Positions 1-9,839 of a DNA stretch of 64,000 nt are shown piece after piece. Positions within the stretch are counted from its first letter, which is position 1. Each line of letters begins with the position of its first letter. Made by a program: the position numbers and the translations under genes. The DNA is from Nitrosopumilaceae archaeon (GTDB taxonomy: Archaea > Thermoproteota > Nitrososphaeria > Nitrososphaerales > Nitrosopumilaceae), in NCBI GenBank assembly GCA_965203465.1, contig CBDBCR010000003.1:32001-96000 (forward strand), written 5' to 3'. Under the pieces are notes generated by a model. That model did no database searches. It was not told the origin of the DNA and saw nothing but the letters and a program-made list of their open reading frames with translations.

Positions 1-113
1 CAGGACGGCCGTTTTTGGATCTTTCGGTGGGCCCTGCCGGCGATCGCTTTCCGGGCTCCGCCAGGGTACTTTTGGGTTAACTGCTGATCGCAGCTAGGAT
101 TAAAGCCGAGATC

Positions 114-524
114 GTGGCCGGCGCGCCGTTGTCTCAAGACGCGGTCATGGACACGGTCCGGGCGTTCTTCGAGGTGGGGCGCACAAAGGAGCTGGCAGCC
201 ATACCGCGCCTGATGCTCGACGATCCGCGCTTTTCCAGCTTTGGGGAATCGCACCCGTACGGGCTGCGCGGGGCCGCCGAGAGCGTCGCGCTCGAGGAGC
301 TGCGCTTCGTCGGCATGTCCGACTACCAGTACAGCATACGCGACCAGAAGGTGAGCGTGTTCGGGGACGTGGCCGTGGCCGCGTTCACCGTCGAGCAGCA
401 GGGCATGCTCGTGGATTCAAAGACGTTCGCCGGCGAGCACGTAAAGGCCCAGACGCGCGCCACGTTCGTCCTAGTGCAAAAGGGCGGCTGGAAGATAGCG
501 CACACGCACATGTCACGGTTTTGA
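114..524 (+). CDS. SnoaL-like / NTF2-family protein
   Basis: 136 aa; NTF2-like C-terminus 'RATFVLVQKGGWKIAHTHMS' and 'VSVFGDVAVAAF'; TTAAA about 10 nt upstream of the GTG. Confidence 0.7.
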   Translation: MAGAPLSQDAVMDTVRAFFEVGRTKELAAIPRLMLDDPRFSSFGESHPYGLRGAAESVALEELRFVGMSDYQYSIRDQKVSVFGDVAVAAFTVEQQGMLVDSKTFAGEHVKAQTRATFVLVQKGGWKIAHTHMSRF

Positions 525-1334
525 CTTTTTCTTTCCGCGCTTTTCGGGCGCCTCGGACACCGACCTCTTGTAGGATTCGTAGGCGGCGTCGGCCGAGGCG
601 TTGCGGTGGACGATGTCGTAGACCGCGCGTATCATGGCCACGGGGTGGTCGGACTGCCATATGTTGCGGCCCATGTCGACGCCGACCGCGCCCCCCTTTA
701 CGGCGTTGCGCGTGAGCACGAGCGCGTCCCTTTCTGGTATCTTTTTGCCGCCGGCCACTATGACCGGCACCGGGCACGATCCGGTCACCTGCTCGAACCC
801 CTCGCAGTAGTACGTCTTTACGACGTGCGCGCCCTGCTCGGCGGCCATCCTGCACGCGAGCGAGAGGTACTTTGCGTCGCGGGCCATGTCCTTGCCGACG
901 GCAGTCACTGCCAGCACCGGCATGCCGCAGCCCTGCGCCTCGTTGACCACGCGCCCGAGGTTGGAGACGCTCTGGTGCTCGTACTTTGATCCCACGAACA
1001 CGGACATCGCCACGGCGGCCGCGTTGAGGCGCAGCGCGTCTGCCATGTCGACGGTTATCTGCTCGCGCGAAAGGTCCTCCCCTATTATGCTCGGGCCGCC
1101 CGATATCCTCAGCACGACGGGGACCGGCGCGTTGGGATCCACGCACGTCCTCAGTATGCCGCGCGTGAGCATCAGCGAATCGCAGTGCCTCACCAGCGGC
1201 CCGACGGCGCGCCGGGGATCCTCGAGCCTCGAGGTCGGGCCCAGAAAGTACCCGTGATCGACTGCCAGCATGAGGGCCCGCTTGTCGCGCGGGTTTATCA
1301 CGCGCGCGAGCCGGTTGCGCATGCCCCAGTCCAC
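513..1334 (-). CDS. lsrF: DhnA/LsrF-type class I aldolase/thiolase
   Basis: Motifs 'LAVDHG', 'VKTYY', 'VPVIVAGG', 'GVDMGRNIWQS'; likely GTG start at 1334 (MDWGM...). Confidence 0.85.
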   Translation of the reverse strand: MDWGMRNRLARVINPRDKRALMLAVDHGYFLGPTSRLEDPRRAVGPLVRHCDSLMLTRGILRTCVDPNAPVPVVLRISGGPSIIGEDLSREQITVDMADALRLNAAAVAMSVFVGSKYEHQSVSNLGRVVNEAQGCGMPVLAVTAVGKDMARDAKYLSLACRMAAEQGAHVVKTYYCEGFEQVTGSCPVPVIVAGGKKIPERDALVLTRNAVKGGAVGVDMGRNIWQSDHPVAMIRAVYDIVHRNASADAAYESYKRSVSEAPEKRGKKKSKP

Positions 1335-1359
1335 GGGCAAAGCCGCCGGGCGGCCGGAA

Positions 1360-2379
1360 TTAAGCCTTTCCCGTGACTATTATCTTCATGGCGCCCTCGC
1401 CCGACCTCGCCAGATCGAATGCCTTTTGGGAATCCGCCACGCCGAACGAGTGCGTGATCAGGGGCCCCAGGTCCAGCGCGCCCGATATCATGCCGAGGGC
1501 CTCGCGCGTGTCCGCGTCCGAGGCCGCGTAGCTCGACACCAGGGAGACCTCGCGCGCGTACAGGTCGGAAAGGTCAAAGTCGGCCGTCGTGCCGCGCGGC
1601 GGCACGCCGAACAGCATCACCGTGCCGCCCTTGCGCACCGAGCGGATCGCTTCCAGCAGCGCCGCGGGGCTGCCCGTGGCCACCACGGCCGCGTCGGCGC
1701 CGCCGGCCCCCCGTATCCGCTCCGCGGCAGAGCCTGCCTCTAGCGGCTCGGCGCCGGCAGAGCGCGCAGCCTCCAGCCTGTACGCGTTCGTATCGGAGCA
1801 GAACACCTTCGAGGCGCGCCGCCCCCCCAGCATCGCGTGCATTATGCCGGTCGGCCCCGCCCCGAAGACCGCCAGCGAATCTCCGTCGCGGAACGGTATC
1901 TTTTTCCACGCCCGCAGGCAGCAGGCCAGCGGCTCTATCATGGCCGCCTCCTCGAAAGAGACCGAGTCGGGCAGCCTCAGCACCCCGAGCTTGGCGTTGG
2001 GCGCCGGGACGGTGTACAGCTCCGAGAGGCCGCACGGCCACAGGTTGGTGCTCGAATACGTCTCGCAGAGCGTCTCGGCGCCGTGCCCGCACAGCCTGCA
2101 GCTGCCGCACGGGACGTGGTGGTGCGTAAAGACGCGATCCCCCGGCTCGAACCCGGCGCCCCTGCCGGCCTCGACTACCGTCCCTGCCGGCTCGTGGCCC
2201 AGCCGCATCGAGGGCTTGCCGTAGCTTCCGAATACCTTCTCGACGTCCGAGCCGCATATGCCGCAGGCGGCCATCCTGACCAGCAGCTCGCCCTCGCCGG
2301 GGGGCGGCACGTCGACTCTGGACACCGAGACGGTCGAAGGCCCCGATACCGAGGCTGCCAGCGACGAGGCCACCCTCAC
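1360..2379 (-). CDS. Zinc-dependent alcohol/polyol dehydrogenase (MDR family)
   Basis: 'CGICGSD', 'GHEPAG', structural Zn 'CGSCRLC..C', Rossmann 'GAGPTG'; GTG start overlaps the upstream stop (GTGA). The longer ORF N-terminus is spurious. Confidence 0.9.
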   Translation of the reverse strand: MRVASSLAASVSGPSTVSVSRVDVPPPGEGELLVRMAACGICGSDVEKVFGSYGKPSMRLGHEPAGTVVEAGRGAGFEPGDRVFTHHHVPCGSCRLCGHGAETLCETYSSTNLWPCGLSELYTVPAPNAKLGVLRLPDSVSFEEAAMIEPLACCLRAWKKIPFRDGDSLAVFGAGPTGIMHAMLGGRRASKVFCSDTNAYRLEAARSAGAEPLEAGSAAERIRGAGGADAAVVATGSPAALLEAIRSVRKGGTVMLFGVPPRGTTADFDLSDLYAREVSLVSSYAASDADTREALGMISGALDLGPLITHSFGVADSQKAFDLARSGEGAMKIIVTGKA

Positions 2380-2669
2380 ACACCCAGTATGCTCTTTAGC
2401 ATCGCGCGGTAGTCCACGTCGGTCTTTTTTCCGCCCGCCGCCGGCAGGGCGAACACGAGGGCCTTTGTGGAGGCGCGCACGCGCGTCATCTCGTCGGATA
2501 TGGGCCCGGCCACGTCGTCGCCGACCAGCACGAGCCCCACGTCCGGATCCGAGGCCAGCTCCCTTATGCTGTCGAGGGCCTTTTCGGGGGTGGGCGAGAC
2601 GCGCCCGGGGACGCCTGCCAGCTGAAAGCTGGCCACGAAAGACTTGGTGCCCACCGTATAGACCTTCAC
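2376..2669 (-). CDS. atpF: A/V-type ATP synthase subunit F
   Basis: 97 aa from GTG: 'KVYTVG...FQLAGV', 'DVGLVLV', C-terminal 'ILGV'; TTTAAA-like TATA near 2692-2704. Confidence 0.85.
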   Translation of the reverse strand: MKVYTVGTKSFVASFQLAGVPGRVSPTPEKALDSIRELASDPDVGLVLVGDDVAGPISDEMTRVRASTKALVFALPAAGGKKTDVDYRAMLKSILGV

Positions 2670-2724
2670 GGGCGCGCGGGCGCGGCGCCTGTAATTTAAA
2701 TTTAGGAGGGCCGGGCCCCGCCGC

Positions 2725-3021
2725 ATGGAGATAGACCGATCCAAAAAGGTGTACGTCTTTACCCACGGCAGGGCGGACCTGCGCGAAAAGGCGGCCGCGG
2801 CGCTGGAGTCGGCCGGCTTCGACAGGGGCAGCCTCGTGGACGCGGCGCCCGACAGGACGGGCCTGCCGGGCGAGTACATGGCGATGCTGTGGATGCCGCC
2901 CGACCCCGACCACATAAAGATCCAAGTGATAACGGCCGTAAAGGACGCGCCCCCCGAGGGCATGATAGGCCGCTGGAAGGGCGTCGAAAAGGACGACATC
3001 GGGACCGTCCCGCTCAGCTGA
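2725..3021 (+). CDS. Hypothetical protein
   Basis: 98-aa ATG ORF after the divergent AT-rich promoter; protein-like composition. Confidence 0.7.
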   Translation: MEIDRSKKVYVFTHGRADLREKAAAALESAGFDRGSLVDAAPDRTGLPGEYMAMLWMPPDPDHIKIQVITAVKDAPPEGMIGRWKGVEKDDIGTVPLS

Positions 3022-3244
3022 AGCCTATGCCGAGGCGCGAGGCCTCCTTTCCCGGATCCGGCTCGGCCTCGCGCAGATCCAGGTATGCCAGCGCGTCCGA
3101 TACGAGCTGCTCGGCCTCGCCGGCCGGCGCGTTCAGCTCGGACTGCGCGAGGCGCACGTACCCGCCGATCGCCCCGTCGCTCCGGTCGGAGCCGCTCGCC
3201 GAAATGAGGTACGCCATCCTCTCTATGCGCTCGTTTCCGTCCAT
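3014..3244 (-). CDS. Hypothetical protein
   Basis: 76-aa ATG ORF immediately after the 3246 stop (operon spacing). Confidence 0.55.
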   Translation of the reverse strand: MDGNERIERMAYLISASGSDRSDGAIGGYVRLAQSELNAPAGEAEQLVSDALAYLDLREAEPDPGKEASRLGIGFS

Positions 3245-3245
3245 G

Positions 3246-3611
3246 TCACATGTCCGCGATTATCCGCTTTATGCGGGTTATGAGGCGCATCTTGGCCGAT
3301 ACCGGCATGTCCGGCTCGACCGTCACGAAGACGGTCCTCTTTGGGGTGTACACCACCAGCTGGCTGACGCGCTCGCGCTCGACGTGCACGTACCTGACCT
3401 TGCCTAGGGACCTGTCGAACTCGCGGCGCATGCGGCGCCTCTCGGCTATCTGCTGGCAAAAGTGCTCCTGCTCGCGCTGCGATTCCAGCGAGGTCTTGCC
3501 CTCCTTCATGATGCTCTCGACGATGTTGCCCTTTAGGTCGATTATGCCCACGAAGCGCATCTTGGGGCTCAGGCCGATCACCTTGTCGACCACCGACTTT
3601 AGATCCTTCAC
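3246..3611 (-). CDS. Roadblock/LC7-like thaumarchaeal protein (DUF6659-like)
   Basis: 'MRFVGIIDLKG', 'MRREFDRSLGKVRYVHVERE' pattern typical of this family. Confidence 0.75.
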   Translation of the reverse strand: MKDLKSVVDKVIGLSPKMRFVGIIDLKGNIVESIMKEGKTSLESQREQEHFCQQIAERRRMRREFDRSLGKVRYVHVERERVSQLVVYTPKRTVFVTVEPDMPVSAKMRLITRIKRIIADM

Positions 3612-3647
3612 GGGGTGCGCGCCCGGCGGCTCCTATTTGAACATAAC

Positions 3648-3908
3648 CTAGAGGCCCCTGGCCACGGCGCCCACGAAGCCGGGGTACTCCTCGTCGTCGA
3701 ACGAGGTCTTTTTGTAGTCGCCGCGCCGGACCGACTCTTTGAGGGAGTCGAGGTGGTAGCAGCGCCGCGGCCTGGCAAAGTAGAACCCCGGGCACGAGCA
3801 GAAGCCGGCGTCCGGATCTGCCCAGTACTCGCGCCCCGCCGAGACGGTCCATACCCGGCGGCCGCTGGGCCCGAACTCGTGCAGAAAGACGCGCACCTGC
3901 CGGGCCAC
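3648..3908 (-). CDS. SWIM zinc-finger protein
   Basis: 'FCSCPGFYF....CYHL' SWIM motif; start uncertain. Confidence 0.7.
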   Translation of the reverse strand: MARQVRVFLHEFGPSGRRVWTVSAGREYWADPDAGFCSCPGFYFARPRRCYHLDSLKESVRRGDYKKTSFDDEEYPGFVGAVARGL

Positions 3909-3969
3909 CGCCGGGCCCGGGCCGGCCCCGTATAGATAGGTTAATCACCCCGGACGGGCGCGGCGGGGC

Positions 3970-4695
3970 GTGCCGGCAAGGATGGTGCCCTCCAAGCCGG
4001 CGCTGGTCCTCGAAGAGGACGGCAGGCACCTGGTCGTCTCGGACGTGCACGTCGGCTTTGAGGCGCTCTTCGAGGGGGTGCGCGCGGGCGGCGGGGGCGC
4101 GCGAGAGGCCGCCGGCGCCATATCCGAGATACTGGAGGGCGAGGATCTGAGCTCCCTGGTGCTGCTCGGCGACACAAAGTCGGGCACCGGCGCCATAACG
4201 AGCCAGGAATGGGAGCAGGTGCCAGAATTCCTGGACATCCTAAAGTCGCGCGCCGACATCACGCTGGTCCCGGGCAACCACGACGCGGGGATCTCGCGCC
4301 TGGTCCCGTCGGGCGTGCGCATGACCGGGCCCGGCGGCCTGGTGCTCGGCGGCACGCTGCTCATGCACGGCCACGCCATGCCCCCGCGCAGCTATTCGCA
4401 CGTGAGGCGCCTCGTCGCCGGCCACGTCCACCCCGCGTACAGGGACCCCGATTCCCTGCTTGCCGGCAGCAGGGTGTGGGCGTGGCTGCGCGTGCCCAAG
4501 AGGAGCATCTTCCCGTCCGAGCGGGGGCAGCTGGACGTGGTGCTCGTCCCCGCGTTCAACGAGTACATGCTGCCGGGCCGCGCGCGCTCGCCGTCTGCCC
4601 TCTCGCGGCGCCTGCGCTCGGCCTCCGAGGCCCGCATAGTCACCCTGGACGGCTCGCTCATCGGCGGCGCAGACCGGCTGAGCCGCGTCATCTGA
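3970..4695 (+). CDS. Calcineurin-like metallophosphoesterase
   Basis: 'SDVHVG', 'LLGD', 'GNHD', 'HGH', 'GHVHP' motifs. Confidence 0.9.
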   Translation: MPARMVPSKPALVLEEDGRHLVVSDVHVGFEALFEGVRAGGGGAREAAGAISEILEGEDLSSLVLLGDTKSGTGAITSQEWEQVPEFLDILKSRADITLVPGNHDAGISRLVPSGVRMTGPGGLVLGGTLLMHGHAMPPRSYSHVRRLVAGHVHPAYRDPDSLLAGSRVWAWLRVPKRSIFPSERGQLDVVLVPAFNEYMLPGRARSPSALSRRLRSASEARIVTLDGSLIGGADRLSRVI

Positions 4696-7600
4696 GGTAC
4701 GGCTCGAGGGGGCCGCGCGTGGTCTCGTTGGACTTTAGCCACTCTAGCGTGCGCACGAACGACTCGGCAAGCTCGGTGGTCGTCAGCACCGGCACGCCCA
4801 TCTCGAGGGCCTTGCGCCGTATCTGGTACTCGTCGTCGAGCATGCCGGCGTACTTTTCCATCGTCGAGGTGCTCGGCACGTTTATGATAAAGTCTATCTT
4901 GCGGCCGTGCAGCAGGTCGGCGATGTTGGGCTCGCGGTCCGGCTCGCTTATCTTGTGGACCGTCTCGACTGGCCCCTCGAGCCTCCGGCGGAAGAACTCG
5001 GCGGTGTGCTCGGTGGCCAGCACCCGGAAGCCCAGCTTTGCGAGCAGCGCGACGGTGCCGAGCAGCTTTTCCTTTGCGCGCGCGCCGCCTGCCGTGACCA
5101 GGGCCGCGCCCTCCGAGGGCAGGCCGTAGCCGACCGACGTGAGCGCCTTTGCCAGCGCGTCGTAAAAGCTCTCCCCGAAGCAGGCGGCCTCGCCGGTCGA
5201 CTGCATCTCGACGCCCAGCACGATGTCGGCTCCGTCCAGCTGCATGAACGAAAACTGCGGGGCCTTTATGCCGTAGCCCTCGGTCTTCCAGGCGCCGTCG
5301 GGCACGTCGGGCAGCTCCATCCCCAGTATCGCCTTGGATGCCATCGATATGAGGTTGGTGCGCGACATCTTGGAGACGAACGGCATGGACCGCGAGGCTC
5401 GTATGTTGAGCTCTATGACGTAGACGGTGCCGTCGTGCACCAGGAACTGCAGGTTGAACGGCCCGCGCACGTTGAACGTCAAAGCTATCTTGCGCGTGTA
5501 CTCGGCGACCTCCTCCATTATGCGGTTGTCCAGCCTCCAGGGCGGCATGCACATCATCGCGTCGCCCGAGTGGACGCCGGCCCTGTCGATGTGCTCCACT
5601 ATGGCCCCGATGACGACGCGCCGCCCGTCGCAGACGCCGTCGACGTCCAGCTCGAGCGAGTCGAGCATGAACTTTGATATCACCACGGGGTGGTCCGGCG
5701 ATGGGCTCGGCACGCTGCGCGCGTACTCGGACAGGCCCGACGGCGACCAGACCACCCGCATGGCCGCCCCGCTGAGCACGTACGAGGGCCGCACCAGCAC
5801 CGGGTAGCCGACCTCGCGCGCGAACTCTTTCGCCTCGGGCACGCTCGAGAGCGCCTGCCACCGCGGCTGCCGTATGTGGAGCTTGTCCAGCTCGGTGCTG
5901 AACGTAGAGCGGTTCTCGGCCCTGTCCACGTCGCGCGCGGCGGTGCCCAGCAGGCGCACGCCGGCGCCGTCCAGGTCCAGCGTCAGGTTGTTGGCCGTCT
6001 GCCCCCCCACGCACGTCACCACGCCGCGCGAGCCCTCGAACTCGGCGATGTCCAGTATCCTCTCGAGGGTCAGCTCTTCGAAGTACAGGCGGCTGCATAT
6101 GTCGTAGTCCGTAGAGACTGTCTCGGGGTTGCAATTCACGACGGAGACCTCGCCGGCGCCGTTCTCCTGCAGGCCCCATACCATGTTCACCGTACCCCAG
6201 TCGAACTCCACGCTGCTGCCTATGCGGTAGGGCCCCGCGCCGAGCACCAGCACCCCGCCGCCGGGCGGGCTCACGTCGTGCGAGCTGCCCCCGTAGGTCA
6301 TGTACAGGTAGTTGGTCTTTGCGGGCCACTCCGCCGCCAGCGTGTCTATCTGCTTTACGTACGGCAGTATGCCGTTCTCCTTTCGGGCCCGGCGGACGCG
6401 GCGCTCGTCCGATCCGGCCGCGCGCGCTATCTGCCTGTCCGAAAAGCCCATGCGCTTTAGCTCCAGCAGGCGCCGCGGCTCGAGCGAGGCAGAGCCGGCG
6501 GCCTCGGCTATGCCGCGCAGCTTTTCTATGAACCACGGGTCTATCGAGGAGAGCGAGTATATGCGCGGGGTGGACACGCCGCGCCCGATGGCCTGTGCCA
6601 CCCTGTGCAGTATCTGATCGTCGGGATCTGCCAGCGCCCTTTCCAGCTCCTCGTCGGACATGTCCGGCTCGGGGAGCCTGTTGAGGGCCATGCCGTCGCG
6701 GCCCGCGTCGAGCATGCGCACCGCCTTTTGCAGGGATTCTTCGAAGGTGCGCCCCACGGCCATGACCTCGCCGACCGACTTCATGGTCGGGCCCAGCCTG
6801 CGGTTGGCCCTCTCGAACTTTGAAAAGTCCCAGCGCGGGTGCTTGCAGACGATGTAGTCGAGCGACGGCTCGAAGCAGGCCGTCGTGGACTTCGTGATGC
6901 GGTTCTCCAGCTCGGGCAGGGTGTACCCGAGGCCTATCTTGGCCGACATGTACGCCAGCGGGTACCCGGTGGCCTTGCTTGCCAGCGCCGAGGACCTGGA
7001 CAGGCGCGGGTTTATCTCGATGGCCGCGTACCTGTCCGAATCCGGATCGAGTGCGTACTGGATGTTGCACTCGCCGACTATGCCGACGTGCCCGGTGGCC
7101 CGCAGCGAGGCGGTCCGCATGGCGTGGTATTCGGAGTTGTCCAGCGTCTGCGACGGGGCCACCACGATGTTGTCGCCGGTGTGGACGCGCATCGAGAGCA
7201 CGTTCTCCATGTTGCAGACGATGACGCTGTTTGATTCGGCGTCGCGCATGACCTCGTACTCTATCTGCTTCCAGTGCCCGACGTACTCTTCGACCAGGAC
7301 CTGGCCGACCATCGAGGCGTTGATGCCGCGCCCCACTATCTCGTGCAGCTCTATCTCGTTGTGCGCCACGCCTCCGCCCTTGCCGCCCAGCGTGTACGCC
7401 ACGCGCACGATGACGGGGTAGCCCAGCATGGCCGCGGCCTCTTTTGCCCCCTCAAAGTCCGAGACGGTCCGGCTGCGCAGGACGGGCACGCCGCACTCGG
7501 ACATGGAATCCTTGAACAGCTGCCTGTCCTCGGTCCTCTTTATGCCGTCGACGGGCGTGCCCAGCACCCTGATGCCGTGCCTGGCCAGGGCGCCGGATTC

Positions 7601-7909
7601 GTCGAGTTTCACGCCGCAGTTGAGCGCCGTCTGGCCCCCGTAGGCCAGCATGACGCCGTCGGGCCGCTCCGATTCTATGAGCGATTCGACGTACTGCGGG
7701 GTGACGGGCAGCAGGTACACCCTGTCCGCGAAGCGCGTGTCGGTCTGTATCGTGGCGATGTTTGGGTTTATCAGCACGCTCCTGATGCCGTCCTCGCGCA
7801 GCGCCTTGAGGCACTGGCTGCCCGAATAGTCGAACTCGCCGGCCTCTCCTATCTTTATGGCGCCGCTGCCCAGGACCAGCACGCTGCCAAGCTGCTCGGA
7901 GCGCGGCAT
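4688..7909 (-). CDS. carB: Carbamoyl-phosphate synthase large subunit
   Basis: Starts MPRSEQ..'VLGSGAIKIGEAGEFDYSG'; two ATP-grasp repeats ('IEINPRLSRSS', 'IELNIRASRS') and an MGS domain; ATG overlaps the carA TGA. Confidence 0.97.
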   Translation of the reverse strand: MPRSEQLGSVLVLGSGAIKIGEAGEFDYSGSQCLKALREDGIRSVLINPNIATIQTDTRFADRVYLLPVTPQYVESLIESERPDGVMLAYGGQTALNCGVKLDESGALARHGIRVLGTPVDGIKRTEDRQLFKDSMSECGVPVLRSRTVSDFEGAKEAAAMLGYPVIVRVAYTLGGKGGGVAHNEIELHEIVGRGINASMVGQVLVEEYVGHWKQIEYEVMRDAESNSVIVCNMENVLSMRVHTGDNIVVAPSQTLDNSEYHAMRTASLRATGHVGIVGECNIQYALDPDSDRYAAIEINPRLSRSSALASKATGYPLAYMSAKIGLGYTLPELENRITKSTTACFEPSLDYIVCKHPRWDFSKFERANRRLGPTMKSVGEVMAVGRTFEESLQKAVRMLDAGRDGMALNRLPEPDMSDEELERALADPDDQILHRVAQAIGRGVSTPRIYSLSSIDPWFIEKLRGIAEAAGSASLEPRRLLELKRMGFSDRQIARAAGSDERRVRRARKENGILPYVKQIDTLAAEWPAKTNYLYMTYGGSSHDVSPPGGGVLVLGAGPYRIGSSVEFDWGTVNMVWGLQENGAGEVSVVNCNPETVSTDYDICSRLYFEELTLERILDIAEFEGSRGVVTCVGGQTANNLTLDLDGAGVRLLGTAARDVDRAENRSTFSTELDKLHIRQPRWQALSSVPEAKEFAREVGYPVLVRPSYVLSGAAMRVVWSPSGLSEYARSVPSPSPDHPVVISKFMLDSLELDVDGVCDGRRVVIGAIVEHIDRAGVHSGDAMMCMPPWRLDNRIMEEVAEYTRKIALTFNVRGPFNLQFLVHDGTVYVIELNIRASRSMPFVSKMSRTNLISMASKAILGMELPDVPDGAWKTEGYGIKAPQFSFMQLDGADIVLGVEMQSTGEAACFGESFYDALAKALTSVGYGLPSEGAALVTAGGARAKEKLLGTVALLAKLGFRVLATEHTAEFFRRRLEGPVETVHKISEPDREPNIADLLHGRKIDFIINVPSTSTMEKYAGMLDDEYQIRRKALEMGVPVLTTTELAESFVRTLEWLKSNETTRGPLEPYLR

Positions 7910-9003
7910 CAGCGCCCCCCCATGAGCCGCCCGAGCCGCTCGAAGACGAACCGGCAGTCGTACGGGCCCGGCGAGGCCTCCGGGTGGAACTGGACGGCGA
8001 CGGCCGGCTTTTCGCGGTGGCGTATGCCCTCGACGGTGCCGTCGTCGGAGTTTCTGAACCACAGCCCGTACTCGGAGCCGCCAAGCGAATCGGGATCGAT
8101 GCAGTACCCGTGGTTCTGGCTGGTGACGTACACCCTGCCGGTCCCCTCCTCGAGGCACGGCTTGTTCTGGCCCCGGTGGCCGTACTTTAGCTTGTACGTG
8201 CCGGCGCCGCCGGCAAGCCCCATTATCTGCGCGCCGAGGCATATGCCCAGCGTGGGCACGCCCTCCGAGACCAGCTGCCGCACGGCGGAGACCGTCCGGG
8301 CGCACATCTGCGGATCGCCGGGCCCGTTGCTGACGACCACGCCGCGCGGCGAGTGCGACATTATCTGCTCGGCGGTGCTGTCCCACGGCACCCGCACCGC
8401 GCGGTACCCCATCGATACCACGTTGCGCAGTATTGCGTTCTTTGCGCCGGCGTCTATGACCACGACCGGATCCCCCGAGCCGTACTCTTGCGCCTCCTTT
8501 ACGGAAACCGCGTCCACAAAGCTGCCCCTTTCGTACTTTTCGGCGCGCCCCAGCCGGTCCAGCACGGCCGCCGCGTCCACCGGATCCTCCGAGACGCACA
8601 GGGCGCCCATCATCACGCCGCCCGAGCGCAGCTTTTTGGCCAGCTCGCGCGTGTCGATGCCGGCGATGCCTGGCACGCCCTCCGAATGGAGCCACTCGTC
8701 GAGGGTCATCTCCAGCCTCCAGTGGCTGGCAGTCTCTGCCAAGCTGTGGACCGCCAGGCCGCGCGCCTGTATGCGGTCGGACTCGAACGCGTCCGGTATG
8801 CCGGCGCCGCCGGCCGACTTTTTGGGCACGCCGTAGTTGCCCACCAGCGGGTACGTAAGCGAGAGTATCTGGCCCCCGTAGGACGGATCGGTGAGCGTCT
8901 CGGTGTACCCGACCATGCCGGTGTTGAAGACCACCTCGCCGAAGGCGGTGGCAGAGGCCCCGAAGCCCTCGCCGGCGATCGCCGTCCCGTCGTCGAGCAC
9001 CAA
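7909..9003 (-). CDS. carA: Carbamoyl-phosphate synthase small subunit
   Basis: 'GEVVFNTGMVGY', 'LGICLG', 'SQNHGY', 'QFHPEASPGP'. Confidence 0.97.
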   Translation of the reverse strand: MVLDDGTAIAGEGFGASATAFGEVVFNTGMVGYTETLTDPSYGGQILSLTYPLVGNYGVPKKSAGGAGIPDAFESDRIQARGLAVHSLAETASHWRLEMTLDEWLHSEGVPGIAGIDTRELAKKLRSGGVMMGALCVSEDPVDAAAVLDRLGRAEKYERGSFVDAVSVKEAQEYGSGDPVVVIDAGAKNAILRNVVSMGYRAVRVPWDSTAEQIMSHSPRGVVVSNGPGDPQMCARTVSAVRQLVSEGVPTLGICLGAQIMGLAGGAGTYKLKYGHRGQNKPCLEEGTGRVYVTSQNHGYCIDPDSLGGSEYGLWFRNSDDGTVEGIRHREKPAVAVQFHPEASPGPYDCRFVFERLGRLMGGR

Positions 9004-9275
9004 GGCCGCGTGCTTTCTCCTGTGTACAGACCTCCGCGTGGCTATCTTTAACCCTCGACGGATCGCCGGCGGTTGTGATTTAAATTTTTGCGGCCGGCCG
9101 TTCGGCGCGATCGGCCCGCCGGCGCGGTTTCCTCGCGCCCGGGCGATCCACGAACTGGCCGGCGATCCGGAGTCCGGTCCCGCGCCGGGTTCTTGCAGAA
9201 GCGGGTTCCGCGCCGGCGCGCCTCGGTTCTGCCGCCCCGGATCACGGTATTAATATATGAGCAGTTTCCAACTCC

Positions 9276-9839
9276 GTGCAAAGGGCGACGCTCGTATTGG
9301 AGGGACGGGCTCAGAAAGTCGGGTTGCGCTATTTTGTGGTCGATGAGGCCGAAGAGCGCGACATCACCGGGTATGTGAAGAACTTGAAAAACGGCACGGT
9401 TGAGATTGTGTGCGAGGGGAAGATGACATTGGCGGGCTTCGTCGAGGCCATAAGGAGGTTTAGAGAACCAATCGTTGTCGAAAACGTCAGATCAGAATAC
9501 TCGGAAAGCAAGAACGAATTCGTCGACTTCCACATAGAGCGCGAAGGCCTTGACGAGGACGAGATGGACAGGTTGTCCGACTACGAAAAACTGGACAGAA
9601 AAATAGACGCGTCTATAAGCGAAATAACGCACGGGTTTAGTGCGGCTACCAGAGTTCTGAAGCGCCCAACTTCGATACAGCACAAGATGCTAGACAAGCA
9701 GGACGAGTCGCTGGCCAAGCAGGGGGAGACTCTAGCCGAGATACGCAACATGTCGTCTAACATGAACGCCATGCTCGATTCTAGATTCCAAAAGCTGGAA
9801 AGCGAGATAGCTAAAATAAAGCACAAAATGGAAATTTAG
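9276..9839 (+). CDS. Acylphosphatase domain plus C-terminal coiled-coil extension
   Basis: 'GRAQKVGLR', 'ITGYVKNLKNGTVEIVCEG'; ~90-aa helical tail; TATTAATATA promoter at 9248; visibly lower GC than neighbours. Confidence 0.8.
   Translation: MQRATLVLEGRAQKVGLRYFVVDEAEERDITGYVKNLKNGTVEIVCEGKMTLAGFVEAIRRFREPIVVENVRSEYSESKNEFVDFHIEREGLDEDEMDRLSDYEKLDRKIDASISEITHGFSAATRVLKRPTSIQHKMLDKQDESLAKQGETLAEIRNMSSNMNAMLDSRFQKLESEIAKIKHKMEI

Noticed and set aside
7910-8695. N-terminal extension of the 1335-aa carB ORF
   Set aside because: Overlaps carA in another frame; the true start is the ATG at 7909
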